Below, one piece after another: positions 9,670-17,579 of a stretch of DNA of 18,205 bases. Position 1 is the stretch's first letter. Each line of letters opens with the position of its first letter. This DNA comes from Planctomycetales bacterium (GTDB lineage: Bacteria; 4484-113). The stretch covers positions 1 to 18,205 of the forward strand of contig JBBIJQ010000039.1 in NCBI GenBank assembly GCA_037445915.1. The letters are read 5' to 3'. The position numbers were made by a program, and so were the translations under genes. Below the pieces are notes generated by a model. It ran no database searches, had not been told where the DNA came from, and saw only the letters and a program-made list of their open reading frames with translations.

Positions 9670-11040
9670 ATGAAAGCTGTAATCAAGATGATTTGCGTGA
9701 TGATGATTGCCTGCGCAGCGGGGTTCACCGTCGCAGCGGCGGGCGCAAGCGCGGCGGAGGTCGGCAAGGTGCAGGGCGTGATGCTGACTGTCTATAACCA
9801 AAACCTTGCGCTAGTCAAGGAAACGCGCGCGTTTGACTTCGCGCAGGGCTTGAACTACCTCACGCTTTCCGGCGTGCCAAGCGCGATAGACACGACGAGC
9901 GTGCACTTCAAGACGCTTAGCGGCATCGTCAATTTGCTGGAGCAAAACTACGACTACGACCTCGTGAGCCGCAACAAGCTCTTGATGAAATACATCGGCG
10001 AGACCATCACCATCCGCAACGGCGACGACGTGAAGCAGGTCAAGCTGCTGTCAGTCGGCGACGGGCTGGTCGTGGACTACAACGGCAAGATACTCCTCAA
10101 TCCTCCCGGCGACATTGAGCTGCCCAGCCTCCCCGGCGGATTGCTGCTGCAGCCGACGCTGGAATGGCAGGTCAACTCGTCCAAGGCATATTCCACGCTT
10201 GGCGAAGTGAGCTACCTCACCGGCGGGCTGTCGTGGAACGCCGACTACGTCGTCATGCTTTCGGACAACGAGAAGCTGGGCGACCTTGAGGGCTGGGTTA
10301 CGATGCACAACTCCAGCGGCGCGAGCTATGAGAACGCGAGGCTGAAGCTTGTCGCGGGCGAAATCAACCGCGCGCGCGGCGCAATGCCTGTGCCGATGGC
10401 GATGGAAAAGGCCGCGCGGGATGGTGGCACAGGAGGTTTTGAGGAGGAAACCTTCTTTGAATACCACCTCTACACGCTGCAGCGCCCCACGACCATCAAA
10501 GACAACCAAAACAAGCAGATCTCGCTGCTCACGGCGCAGGATATCCCTATGACGAAGGTCTATACGTTTGACCCCGACTGGCGCGGGAACAACGTGGAAG
10601 TGCGCGTTGAATTCAAGAACAGCCAGGAGAACCGCGTGGGGATGCCGCTGCCTGCAGGGCGCGTGCGCGTGTTCAAGCGCGACAGCGAAGGCAGCGCGCA
10701 GCTCGTCGGAGAGGACAACGTGCCGCACACGCCGAAGGACGAGATGGTGCGCCTGCTGCTGGGCAACGCCTTTGACATCAAGGGCGAGAAGGTGCAGACG
10801 AATTACATTGACAAGAAGACCGGCTACCAGCAGTCGTTTGAAGTCACCATCCGCAACCACAAGAAGGAAGACGTCGTCGTCGTCGTGCCGCAGCACATCG
10901 GCTACGCGAATTGGAAGGTCGTTGCGAGCAACATTGAATACCGCAAGACCGACGCGCTGAACATTGAGTTCAAGGTGCCGGTCAAGGCCGATGGCGAGAC
11001 GAAGCTCACCTATACCATGGACGTCTGGTGGGCGGTGTAA
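9670..11040 (+). CDS. Secreted DUF4139/DUF4140 domain-containing protein
   Basis: Signal peptide; LTVYNQNLALVKETR, LLEQNYDYDL, SYLTGGLSWNADY, FFEYHLYTL, GMPLPAGRVRVF and HTPKDE, as recalled for this family; strong SD GGGAGG. Confidence 0.85.
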   Translation: MKAVIKMICVMMIACAAGFTVAAAGASAAEVGKVQGVMLTVYNQNLALVKETRAFDFAQGLNYLTLSGVPSAIDTTSVHFKTLSGIVNLLEQNYDYDLVSRNKLLMKYIGETITIRNGDDVKQVKLLSVGDGLVVDYNGKILLNPPGDIELPSLPGGLLLQPTLEWQVNSSKAYSTLGEVSYLTGGLSWNADYVVMLSDNEKLGDLEGWVTMHNSSGASYENARLKLVAGEINRARGAMPVPMAMEKAARDGGTGGFEEETFFEYHLYTLQRPTTIKDNQNKQISLLTAQDIPMTKVYTFDPDWRGNNVEVRVEFKNSQENRVGMPLPAGRVRVFKRDSEGSAQLVGEDNVPHTPKDEMVRLLLGNAFDIKGEKVQTNYIDKKTGYQQSFEVTIRNHKKEDVVVVVPQHIGYANWKVVASNIEYRKTDALNIEFKVPVKADGETKLTYTMDVWWAV

Positions 11041-11059
11041 TTATCCTTCACTAACAAAA

Positions 11060-11094
11060 CCCCGGATAGGCGGCATTTTAATGCCGCTCCGGGG
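11060..11094 (+). terminator. Strong hairpin after the DUF4139 gene; possible terminator or stabiliser, and contains a REP copy
   Basis: CCCCGGA-tag-GCGGCATT-tt-AATGCCGC-TCCGGGG. There is no U-tract on +, but AAAA immediately upstream gives a U-tract on -. Confidence 0.45.
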
Positions 11095-11260
11095 GCTATG
11101 GGTTTCGGTGTTCGGGGTTCTGGGTTCGGAATCCAGATTCCAGAGCTGGGCTAGTCAGCCCAGGCTACCCAGTTTTATCTTCCTGAGTCCAGAGCGGGAC
11201 TGAAGTCCCGCCTACCCTTCGTTCTTGTTGTCTCCAGAGCGGGACTGAAGTCCCGCCTAC
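11066..11260. repeat. Cluster of GTAG-type REP palindromes
   Basis: Identical 28-nt copies at 11188-11215 and 11233-11260 (reverse complement GTAGGCGGGACTTCAGTCCCGCTCTGGA). Variants lie at 11140-11168 (-) and 11066-11092 (+). Confidence 0.85.
11100..11127. repeat. Degenerate heptamer tandem repeat (4 units)
   Basis: GGGTTTC GGTGTTC GGGGTTC TGGGTTC. Confidence 0.65.
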
Positions 11261-11294
11261 AAGAGGACATATCACTAATTGGATATCCCGCCTA

Positions 11295-11303
11295 TGCTAG
11301 ACT
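11295..11303 (+). promoter_or_regulatory. Putative extended -10 element for a leaderless transcript
   Basis: TGcTAGACT ends 7 nt before ATG 11311, and there is no SD. Confidence 0.5.
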
Positions 11304-11310
11304 AGACGCA

Positions 11311-12960
11311 ATGGACGAATTCGCGAAGCGTGTGCTGGCGTTGACCGCCGACCTGGTGCGTGTCCCCTCCATTGACGCGGAGGGGCAGCGCAAGGCGGCC
11401 GCGCGCGCGCTAGCGCAGCTCGCAGCCTCCCCCTACTTCGCCCTGCGTCCGGAAAAGGCGCGGCTCATCTCGTGGGGCGAAGGCGTGGACAGGCTCGATT
11501 CGTTGCTCGCCGTTTACGACGAGCCGATGAAAGCCGGCTCCGCCGACACCATCATCCTCTGCGGCCACCTGGACACCGTCGGCGTGGACAAACACATCCG
11601 CAATTACGGCGCGGATGAGGCGCTGCCCTTTGACCTCGACAGGCTTCCCGAATGGCTCGCGCGCGTGTTCCCCGCCGACAAGGAGCTGCACGGCGACCTT
11701 GCCAGCGGCGAGTGGATGTGCGGGCGCGGCGCGTTTGACATGAAAGGCGGGAGCGCCGTCGCGCTTGAGCTGACGAAGCACCTAGCGCATTGCGGCTTTC
11801 CGTGGAACGTCGTACTGCTGCTCACCGCCGACGAGGAAACCGAAAGCCGTGGCATCAAGTCCGCGCTGCCGGAGCTTGCGAAGCTGCAGCAAGCGGGGAT
11901 GAAGTTTCGGTTGCTGCTCAACCTTGATTACACAAGCGCACTCACACCCGGCGATGCCAGCGCGTACGCCTACACCGGCACTATCGGCAAGGCGCTCATC
12001 GGCCTGACCGTTTACGGCACCGAGACGCATGCGGGCGCGCCGTTTGAGGGCGTGAACGCTGCAGCGCTGCTTTCCGCGATACTTGCGCAGCTTGAGGGCA
12101 ACCAGAAGCTTACGCAGCATGTCAAAGGCGAGTTCACCCCGCCGCCGACGGCGCTTTCCGCCGCGGCCCGCCAGCCGGAATACAGCGTCACGACACCGGC
12201 GTTTGGCCGCGCGCTGCTAAACGTGTTTTTCATGCACCACACGCACGGCGGATACCTGCGCCTCATCACCAACGAGGTGCGACGCGCGTGCAGGCTGCAC
12301 CTGACCGACCTGAAGCGCCGTCACCGACGCATGTGCGCGAAGGCGAACCTGGACATCGGCGAGAAGCTCGTGCTCCCCGAGGTGCTCAGCTTCAGCACGC
12401 TGCGCAAGCGGCTGGAGGATGCGCTGGGCAAGGGAGAAGCCGCCGTAGTGCTGAAAGCGCCCGAAGGCGTCACAGAGCCTCGCGAGGCTTGCCTGCGCAT
12501 CATTGAGCAGGCGGCGGGAAAGCTGGACTTCCAGCGCCCCACGGTCATCGTGTCGGTGCTGCCGCCGTTCTATGCCCCCTACTCCGCCGCGCTGCACGAG
12601 GATGCAAAGGAAGTGTATGCGGCGGTGCGCAAGCTGGCGAAGGATTGGCACGGCGATGGCCGCACCACGCTCAAGCAACGGCACTTCTATCCTTATATCA
12701 GCGACATGAGCTTTCTCGCGCTGCCCGGCGACGGCAAGCTGACGCCGCTCTTGGAGAACTGTCCTGCGCCTGCGCTGATAGCGCTGCCAAGCCCTGAGCT
12801 TCGCCTGCGCATGCCGGTGGTGAACCTCGGGCCGCTTGGCAAGGACGCGCACAAGGTCGCCGAGCGCGTGCATATGCCGTTCCTCGCTTATGAGCTGCCG
12901 GCGCTTTGCCTCCACCTGTTGGGGGAACTTACAGGAAGCGAGATTGCCCCGCCCGACTGA
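11311..12960 (+). CDS. rocB: M20/M25/M40 family metallo-hydrolase, RocB-like
   Basis: GHLDTV, GRGAFDMKGG, ADEETESRG, YTGTIGK, ETHAGAPFEGVNA, FYPYISDMSF and NLGPLGKDAHKVAER; 549 aa fits the long RocB subtype. Confidence 0.85.
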   Translation: MDEFAKRVLALTADLVRVPSIDAEGQRKAAARALAQLAASPYFALRPEKARLISWGEGVDRLDSLLAVYDEPMKAGSADTIILCGHLDTVGVDKHIRNYGADEALPFDLDRLPEWLARVFPADKELHGDLASGEWMCGRGAFDMKGGSAVALELTKHLAHCGFPWNVVLLLTADEETESRGIKSALPELAKLQQAGMKFRLLLNLDYTSALTPGDASAYAYTGTIGKALIGLTVYGTETHAGAPFEGVNAAALLSAILAQLEGNQKLTQHVKGEFTPPPTALSAAARQPEYSVTTPAFGRALLNVFFMHHTHGGYLRLITNEVRRACRLHLTDLKRRHRRMCAKANLDIGEKLVLPEVLSFSTLRKRLEDALGKGEAAVVLKAPEGVTEPREACLRIIEQAAGKLDFQRPTVIVSVLPPFYAPYSAALHEDAKEVYAAVRKLAKDWHGDGRTTLKQRHFYPYISDMSFLALPGDGKLTPLLENCPAPALIALPSPELRLRMPVVNLGPLGKDAHKVAERVHMPFLAYELPALCLHLLGELTGSEIAPPD

Positions 12961-13741
12961 AAGCGAAGACGGCATTGAAGGCCTAGCCCCCTTCCTCATC
13001 CGCTGCCCCTACTGCAAGCGGACAGCGCTGGTGCGCAACCTCATTTGCTCGCGATGCGGCTTTCCGTTTTACTGGGAGCTTAGCGACGCGCCGCATCTCC
13101 CGCCGGTGCAGCGCGTCCCGCTTTTTTCGCGCTTTGCGCTCGTTACCGCGCTCGTCGCGTTTATCATTTACTTCACCGTCGGCACTGTAACGCTCCAGGA
13201 GGGATACACGACCGTTGCTATAGAACAAGTTATCGCCACAGGTCTCACGACGCTTCCCCTGCCTGTTAGCGGCGATGAAAACTTCCAAAAGCGCACGCAG
13301 CTTGCAATAAGCTTGCTTCACCAGCGCGCTCCATCATTTTATGGCCGGCTCGTGGATGAGGTTAAGGCCATCTACTACGTGCCAAAAGGCATGCCGGGAA
13401 AGAGCTGGCGCTCCATCGCAGCGTTCACAGACCCGCAGACCGGCTATGTGTTTATCCGCATACCGGCGGTGTATTCATCTGGCTTTGGCGAGCTTTACGA
13501 CCGCGACGTTTTCTACTACGCGTCGGTGCTGGTTCACGAAATGCGGCATTTGGAGCTTGCGCGCGTGGGGCTGAACATCGGCGGGCTTGCGGAGGAAGTG
13601 GAGTGCGAGCAGACCGTTTACGACGCCTTGAAGCGCATGGACGCGCCCAAGCCGATGCTCTTTGAGCTTGAGCATTTCCTCAACAACCCTAACCACCCCA
13701 GATATAAGCAGTGGCTCCAGTTCTATAAGGAAAACAATTAG
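12944..13741 (+). CDS. Zn-ribbon / single TM / HEXXH metallopeptidase-like protein
   Basis: Likely TTG start at 12944 after AGGAAG, overlapping the M20 stop. Contains CPYC...CSRC, the TM helix FALVTALVAFIIYFTV, and VLVHEMRH...LAEEVEC. Confidence 0.65.
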   Translation: MPRPTESEDGIEGLAPFLIRCPYCKRTALVRNLICSRCGFPFYWELSDAPHLPPVQRVPLFSRFALVTALVAFIIYFTVGTVTLQEGYTTVAIEQVIATGLTTLPLPVSGDENFQKRTQLAISLLHQRAPSFYGRLVDEVKAIYYVPKGMPGKSWRSIAAFTDPQTGYVFIRIPAVYSSGFGELYDRDVFYYASVLVHEMRHLELARVGLNIGGLAEEVECEQTVYDALKRMDAPKPMLFELEHFLNNPNHPRYKQWLQFYKENN

Positions 13742-14415
13742 TCCTCTGCGGGGAGCACGGTTATCACCAACTCCTTCTTCACGACGTATTGCGACAGCCA
13801 TTCAACTGGATCGCCGGGCATCAAGTTGTCGGTTCTCTGTCTATAGAACCAGCCAATCCCACCGTGAGTGGAATCGGAGGTTGTGTAATAAGCTATCCGG
13901 CATTCGCCCGGAGGGAGACCATCAACAGTGAACTTGAATTGAGTCGCAGTCGTTCCTAAGCCATAGGGATTGATGATAGACGTAGGGAGAAACACTGATG
14001 ACGAAAGGCGGGGATCTACATCTACTGGTATCACAGCATAAGGATTGAGCAATACACCATCTCTAGCTCCGATCGCCAAATCAGTCGTGCCGATTGCCAG
14101 CCTGCTGCTCATGAGGCCATTAAGTATCGCGGGATGGAACGCCGCCGATATTCGCATGGTTATAGAGAAAGGAACGTTGGCGATTACCGTTTCGGGAACG
14201 GCCACTTCCACAACAAAGGGATAATAGATAGCCCATGAGAACTCTTCGTTGGCAATTGGCTTTTCGGGTAGGTTAGAACCTGGAGCGGTTTCATACTCAC
14301 TTCTTGGTGGAACTAGTTCAGGAAGCCCATCAGAGTAGGTTGCCCCGCAAGCCCAAGCTAACGATAGGGCAGTAATGAGCGCAGCCAAAACAAAAAGGAT
14401 ATGGAAGTACTTCAT
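13738..14415 (-). CDS. Hypothetical lipoprotein or secreted protein, beta-rich
   Basis: MKYFHILFVLAALITALSLAWA-CG is lipobox-like; its ATG overlaps the S8 stop (TAATG). Confidence 0.75.
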   Translation of the reverse strand: MKYFHILFVLAALITALSLAWACGATYSDGLPELVPPRSEYETAPGSNLPEKPIANEEFSWAIYYPFVVEVAVPETVIANVPFSITMRISAAFHPAILNGLMSSRLAIGTTDLAIGARDGVLLNPYAVIPVDVDPRLSSSVFLPTSIINPYGLGTTATQFKFTVDGLPPGECRIAYYTTSDSTHGGIGWFYRQRTDNLMPGDPVEWLSQYVVKKELVITVLPAED

Positions 14416-16297
14416 TACCAATTCCTCATTGCGGCCTCGTAGTCTACAAGACCAGCGATATTGCCTCGAGCCTTGCTATCATCACGCGTCGCGACAATTC
14501 GATTCTTGACTTGTAAGTAATTCGACAGTGGTCGCCTGTCATACAATTGCCGAGCTATCGCTGCAATTTCAGGCGCTGCGGCAGAAGTCCCATTGAAATG
14601 AGAGTACCCAAAAGGACCCCAAAGGCTAAATCCCACTTGGTCTTGATCATAAACCCCTTGACGAAAACACACAAAATCGTAGATACCGGAGACAGGATAA
14701 GTGCTGTAGTTATCTGGATAATAGTTTGAGCCCCATCTTTCGCCTCCAGAAAGAGTGACATCAGCCCACCACGAAGTTCCATTAGTATTGGTCACCAATC
14801 CTGTCACTCCCAAAACGTTATCAAAGGCAGCAGGATACTGCAGAGATGGAACTGGACCTTGTCCGCGATTACCAGCAGCAGCCACATATAGGCGGTCATT
14901 AAGCCTAAGGTCCCGGGAGATATTAGTCTTCAAGTCTTGACTTGGGAGCCACCAATAAGGAAATCTATCACCCGAAATGCTCATATTCACTACACGAATA
15001 TCGTCACCCCAGTTGATATGGGCTAATTCGAAACGAAGAGCCCTAATCCCTTTGACTAGTGATTCTTCATTATACTTCCGATTATCAGCGGGGCCGTAGT
15101 ACTTTAGTCTTATCGGGACGACGCTGCTTCTAGGGGATAGGCCTGCTACTCCGGTGGAATTATTAGTGACAGCAGTAATGAGCCCAGATACCCCCGTTCC
15201 ATGGCCATCAGTAGAAAGAACTGGTATCGCTCCACCAGTGACTACCAGATAGCTGCTCCTCATGCATTCTACGCCAACCCATGAAACTTTGCTCCACTGG
15301 CGTCCGCTTCGCGTATACGAAAAATCTGGATGCCATCTCCAAACACCGTCATCGATCACTGCGATATCAACGTTGGAGTAATTATCGCCATATGGAGGAC
15401 CAATGCTCGTGATATTGCCGCTATCCACTCTCAGAAGCGATACATGGCGGTTTCTAGGAGGTGTTGGCGGAGGCCCTTGGTAATACGAGTCATTAGGATT
15501 AGTAGTCTCAATATAATCTGAACCCCAATCCCCTTTTATCGCAGGTCTCGCAAGGTCAACAAGCGGGCTGGTTGAGAAGTAGTTGTAAGCCGCCGTGAAT
15601 GTTGGGAAGACTTCAGGGTCATACTGAAAGTGGAAGTAGGCGATTTCGTTTCCCGGCGATTCATCGTCCTTGGGTTCCCACCATGACATAACAACGTGCA
15701 AGTTCTTCACGCTTATCTCATTCCAAACCTGAGCCTCTGTTACCGTGTCTTTGAACCAGACCACAATTTCGTTTTTGTATATCTCAACGGGAGTATTGTC
15801 AGGCCCTACCCAGAATAGAGTCGGCGGCTCAACATCGGATTCAACCTGGTCCAAGCCTTGTGTTAAATTAAGGTTGGTGACGATTATCGTTCCAGTGCCG
15901 TCGTCCAATTGCCATGTCGCGGTGAATGGGTCAGGGCTTGACAGCCTATTAGCGGTAATGCTGCCTTGTGCGGTAGGCACTGAGATGCTGTATTGAACCG
16001 GCCCCCAAAGATTGATTCCCGTCTGCGTATAGTCCCATAGATACTGAAGCGTCTGAGGATGCGCGACTTCACGCCTGTTGCCTCCGCCGAGAAGATTCTT
16101 CCCCCACCCCCGCCTGCGCCTGCGCCGGTGAGGGCGATGGCTTCATGCGGCGTGGAAGAGAATAATGTCGCAGCGGCTAGCTGCGCGCTTGATGAATGGT
16201 TGCTGGAACTGCCGCAGGCTAAAAGAGCGAGCGCGGTAAGCATGATGAGGGCGCTAAGAAGCACCCCCCCCCTAAATGTTAAAACGCATATTCCCAT
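14415..16297 (-). pseudogene. S8 subtilisin-like serine protease lipoprotein, split by a frameshift (ORFs 16297-15884 and 15980-14415)
   Basis: Catalytic residues are intact: IAVIDDG, GHGTGVSG, AAAGN, FNGTSAAAP. Prodomain-like NEIVVWFK is present. The upstream frame supplies SD GGAGG, ATG 16297 and lipobox LLA-C. Adding one base would give about 627 aa. Confidence 0.85.
16264..16272 (-). repeat. G9 homopolymer within the S8 signal-peptide coding region
   Basis: C9 on the + strand; codons TTT AGG GGG GGG GTG. Confidence 0.8.
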
Positions 16298-16347
16298 ATC
16301 CGTTTCCTCCGCGAAAATTTCCCGGATAGCCTTCTTCGGCTAATTGC

Positions 16348-16353
16348 ATTATA
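16348..16353 (-). promoter_or_regulatory. Candidate -10 element (TATAAT) for the S8 cassette
   Basis: ATTATA on + reads TATAAT on -, about 50 nt upstream of ATG 16297; no clear -35. Confidence 0.4.
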
Positions 16354-16490
16354 CCCCTAAAGAAGCCAATAGCGCCGCGCCGGAACTGGCATAGCTTACT
16401 TGAAATTGCAAGCCGAAAGCAACCACAAAACCGCAGAAACACATGCCGTCAGATGCCCCGCCTGAGCTATCCCAGAAACAACTGCGAGCC

Positions 16491-16519
16491 TTGACGGCAC
16501 GCCTGCGGAGTGGCACAAT
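16491..16519 (+). promoter_or_regulatory. sigma70 promoter of the riboswitch/btu operon
   Basis: TTGACG, 17-nt spacer, TGg-CACAAT; the predicted start falls at the 5' base of riboswitch P1. Confidence 0.7.
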
Positions 16520-16525
16520 GGTTAT

Positions 16526-16700
16526 GCCCGCTGGTCCAAGGAAGGCGGTGTGAATCCGCCACGGGCCAGCCACTGTGAGGTGGACCGGGCGCCGTTATCC
16601 CATCGGCTTTGGCCGAGAAGGGGGCGCACCGGGTTGAAACCAAGCCAGGACACTTGCCGGCGGGCAGCAACACGATACTTCTGGGACCAAGTGAAGTGTT
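16526..16700 (+). ncRNA. Cobalamin (B12) riboswitch
   Basis: P1 GCCCGCTGG/CCGGCGGGC; GGAA-GGCGGTGTGAATCCGCC (P4 T-loop); ACGG...GCCACTGT (P5); CCCATCGG-CTTTGG-CCGAGAAGGG accessory arm; B12 box AAGCCAGGACACTTGCC; P13 hairpin; upstream of btu-like genes. Confidence 0.92.
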
Positions 16701-16795
16701 GGGAATACTGCAACAACCTTTGTATGCGCCCCGCTTAGGCGGACGGCAACCTGCAACTCCCAGCACACGCATGCTCCCGCACGATTGGAGACACA

Positions 16796-17578
16796 ATGGC
16801 TGAAGCTCTTGCTGCGAATAGTGTAACCGCAGGTTACGATGTAAAGAAAGTCCTGCACGACTTTTCGCTGCGCGTTGACGAAGGCGAATTCGTCGGGCTC
16901 ATAGGCCCGAACGGCGCAGGCAAAACCAGCGTCTTGAGGCTGTTCACCTCACAAATCCAGCGCTTTGCGGGCAGCGTCCGCGTTATGGGCGTTGACATTG
17001 CGAAGATGCCCGACCCTTTCAGGGGGCGCACTATCGCCATGCTTGCGCAAGGTCACAGCCAGGCGGTTCCGCTGAGCGTTTACGAGGTCGTTATGCTCGG
17101 GCGCCTGCCGCACCTAGGGCCACTGGCAGTGCCGCGCAAGGAAGATTTGGAGGCGGTGGACAGGGCGATTGAGGATATGTCGCTTGGCGAGCTGCTTGAC
17201 CGCAGGCTCACAGAGCTATCGGGCGGCGAGAAGCAGCGCGTATTGCTGGCGCGCGCACTGGCGCAGGAACCGCGCATTTTGCTCCTTGACGAGCCGACGA
17301 CGCACCTTGACATGGGCTACCAGAAAGACTTGATGGACTTGCTCGTAAGGCTGCGCGAGACCCGCAAGCTGACAGTATTGTTCAGCCTGCACAACCTTTC
17401 ATTGGCAGGGCTGTATTCGGCGCGCCTGGTGCTGATGAACGCAGGCCAGGTTGCAGCCGACGGCAATCCCGCTGAAGTCTTGCGCAAGGACGCGCTTGAA
17501 GAGGTTTACAAGACCCACCTGGTGTTGATTATGGGCAACGACGGCATGCCGATTGTCAGCATTGAGCCGGAGCACTGA
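16796..17578 (+). CDS. btuD: Cobalamin/Fe-siderophore ABC transporter ATP-binding protein (BtuD/FecE-like)
   Basis: Walker A GPNGAGKT, signature LSGGEKQRV, Walker B LLLDEPTTHLD; directly downstream of the B12 riboswitch. Confidence 0.88.
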   Translation: MAEALAANSVTAGYDVKKVLHDFSLRVDEGEFVGLIGPNGAGKTSVLRLFTSQIQRFAGSVRVMGVDIAKMPDPFRGRTIAMLAQGHSQAVPLSVYEVVMLGRLPHLGPLAVPRKEDLEAVDRAIEDMSLGELLDRRLTELSGGEKQRVLLARALAQEPRILLLDEPTTHLDMGYQKDLMDLLVRLRETRKLTVLFSLHNLSLAGLYSARLVLMNAGQVAADGNPAEVLRKDALEEVYKTHLVLIMGNDGMPIVSIEPEH

Positions 17579-17579
17579 G

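Noticed and set aside
10051..10896. 281-aa antisense ORF
   Set aside because: Shadow of the GC3-rich DUF4139 gene, with no motifs.
10964..11203. 79-aa ORF
   Set aside because: It runs through REP and heptamer repeats and has no credible start.
11188..11260. Mini CRISPR array
   Set aside because: Only two identical repeats with a 17-nt gap and no cas genes; the GTAG-hairpin form fits REP elements.
12836..12943. Long N-terminal extension of the HEXXH ORF
   Set aside because: It overlaps the conserved M20 C-terminus; TTG 12944 with an SD-like motif is more plausible.
12217..12999. 260-aa antisense ORF
   Set aside because: Shadow of the M20 peptidase gene.
14415..15980. S8 protease as part of an ATPase-protease anti-phage or toxin-antitoxin system
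   Set aside because: No AAA+ ATPase partner is nearby, and the protease appears to be an exported lipoprotein.
16349..16858. Small ORFs in the divergent intergenic region
   Set aside because: They overlap the promoter and the cobalamin riboswitch, which explain the sequence.
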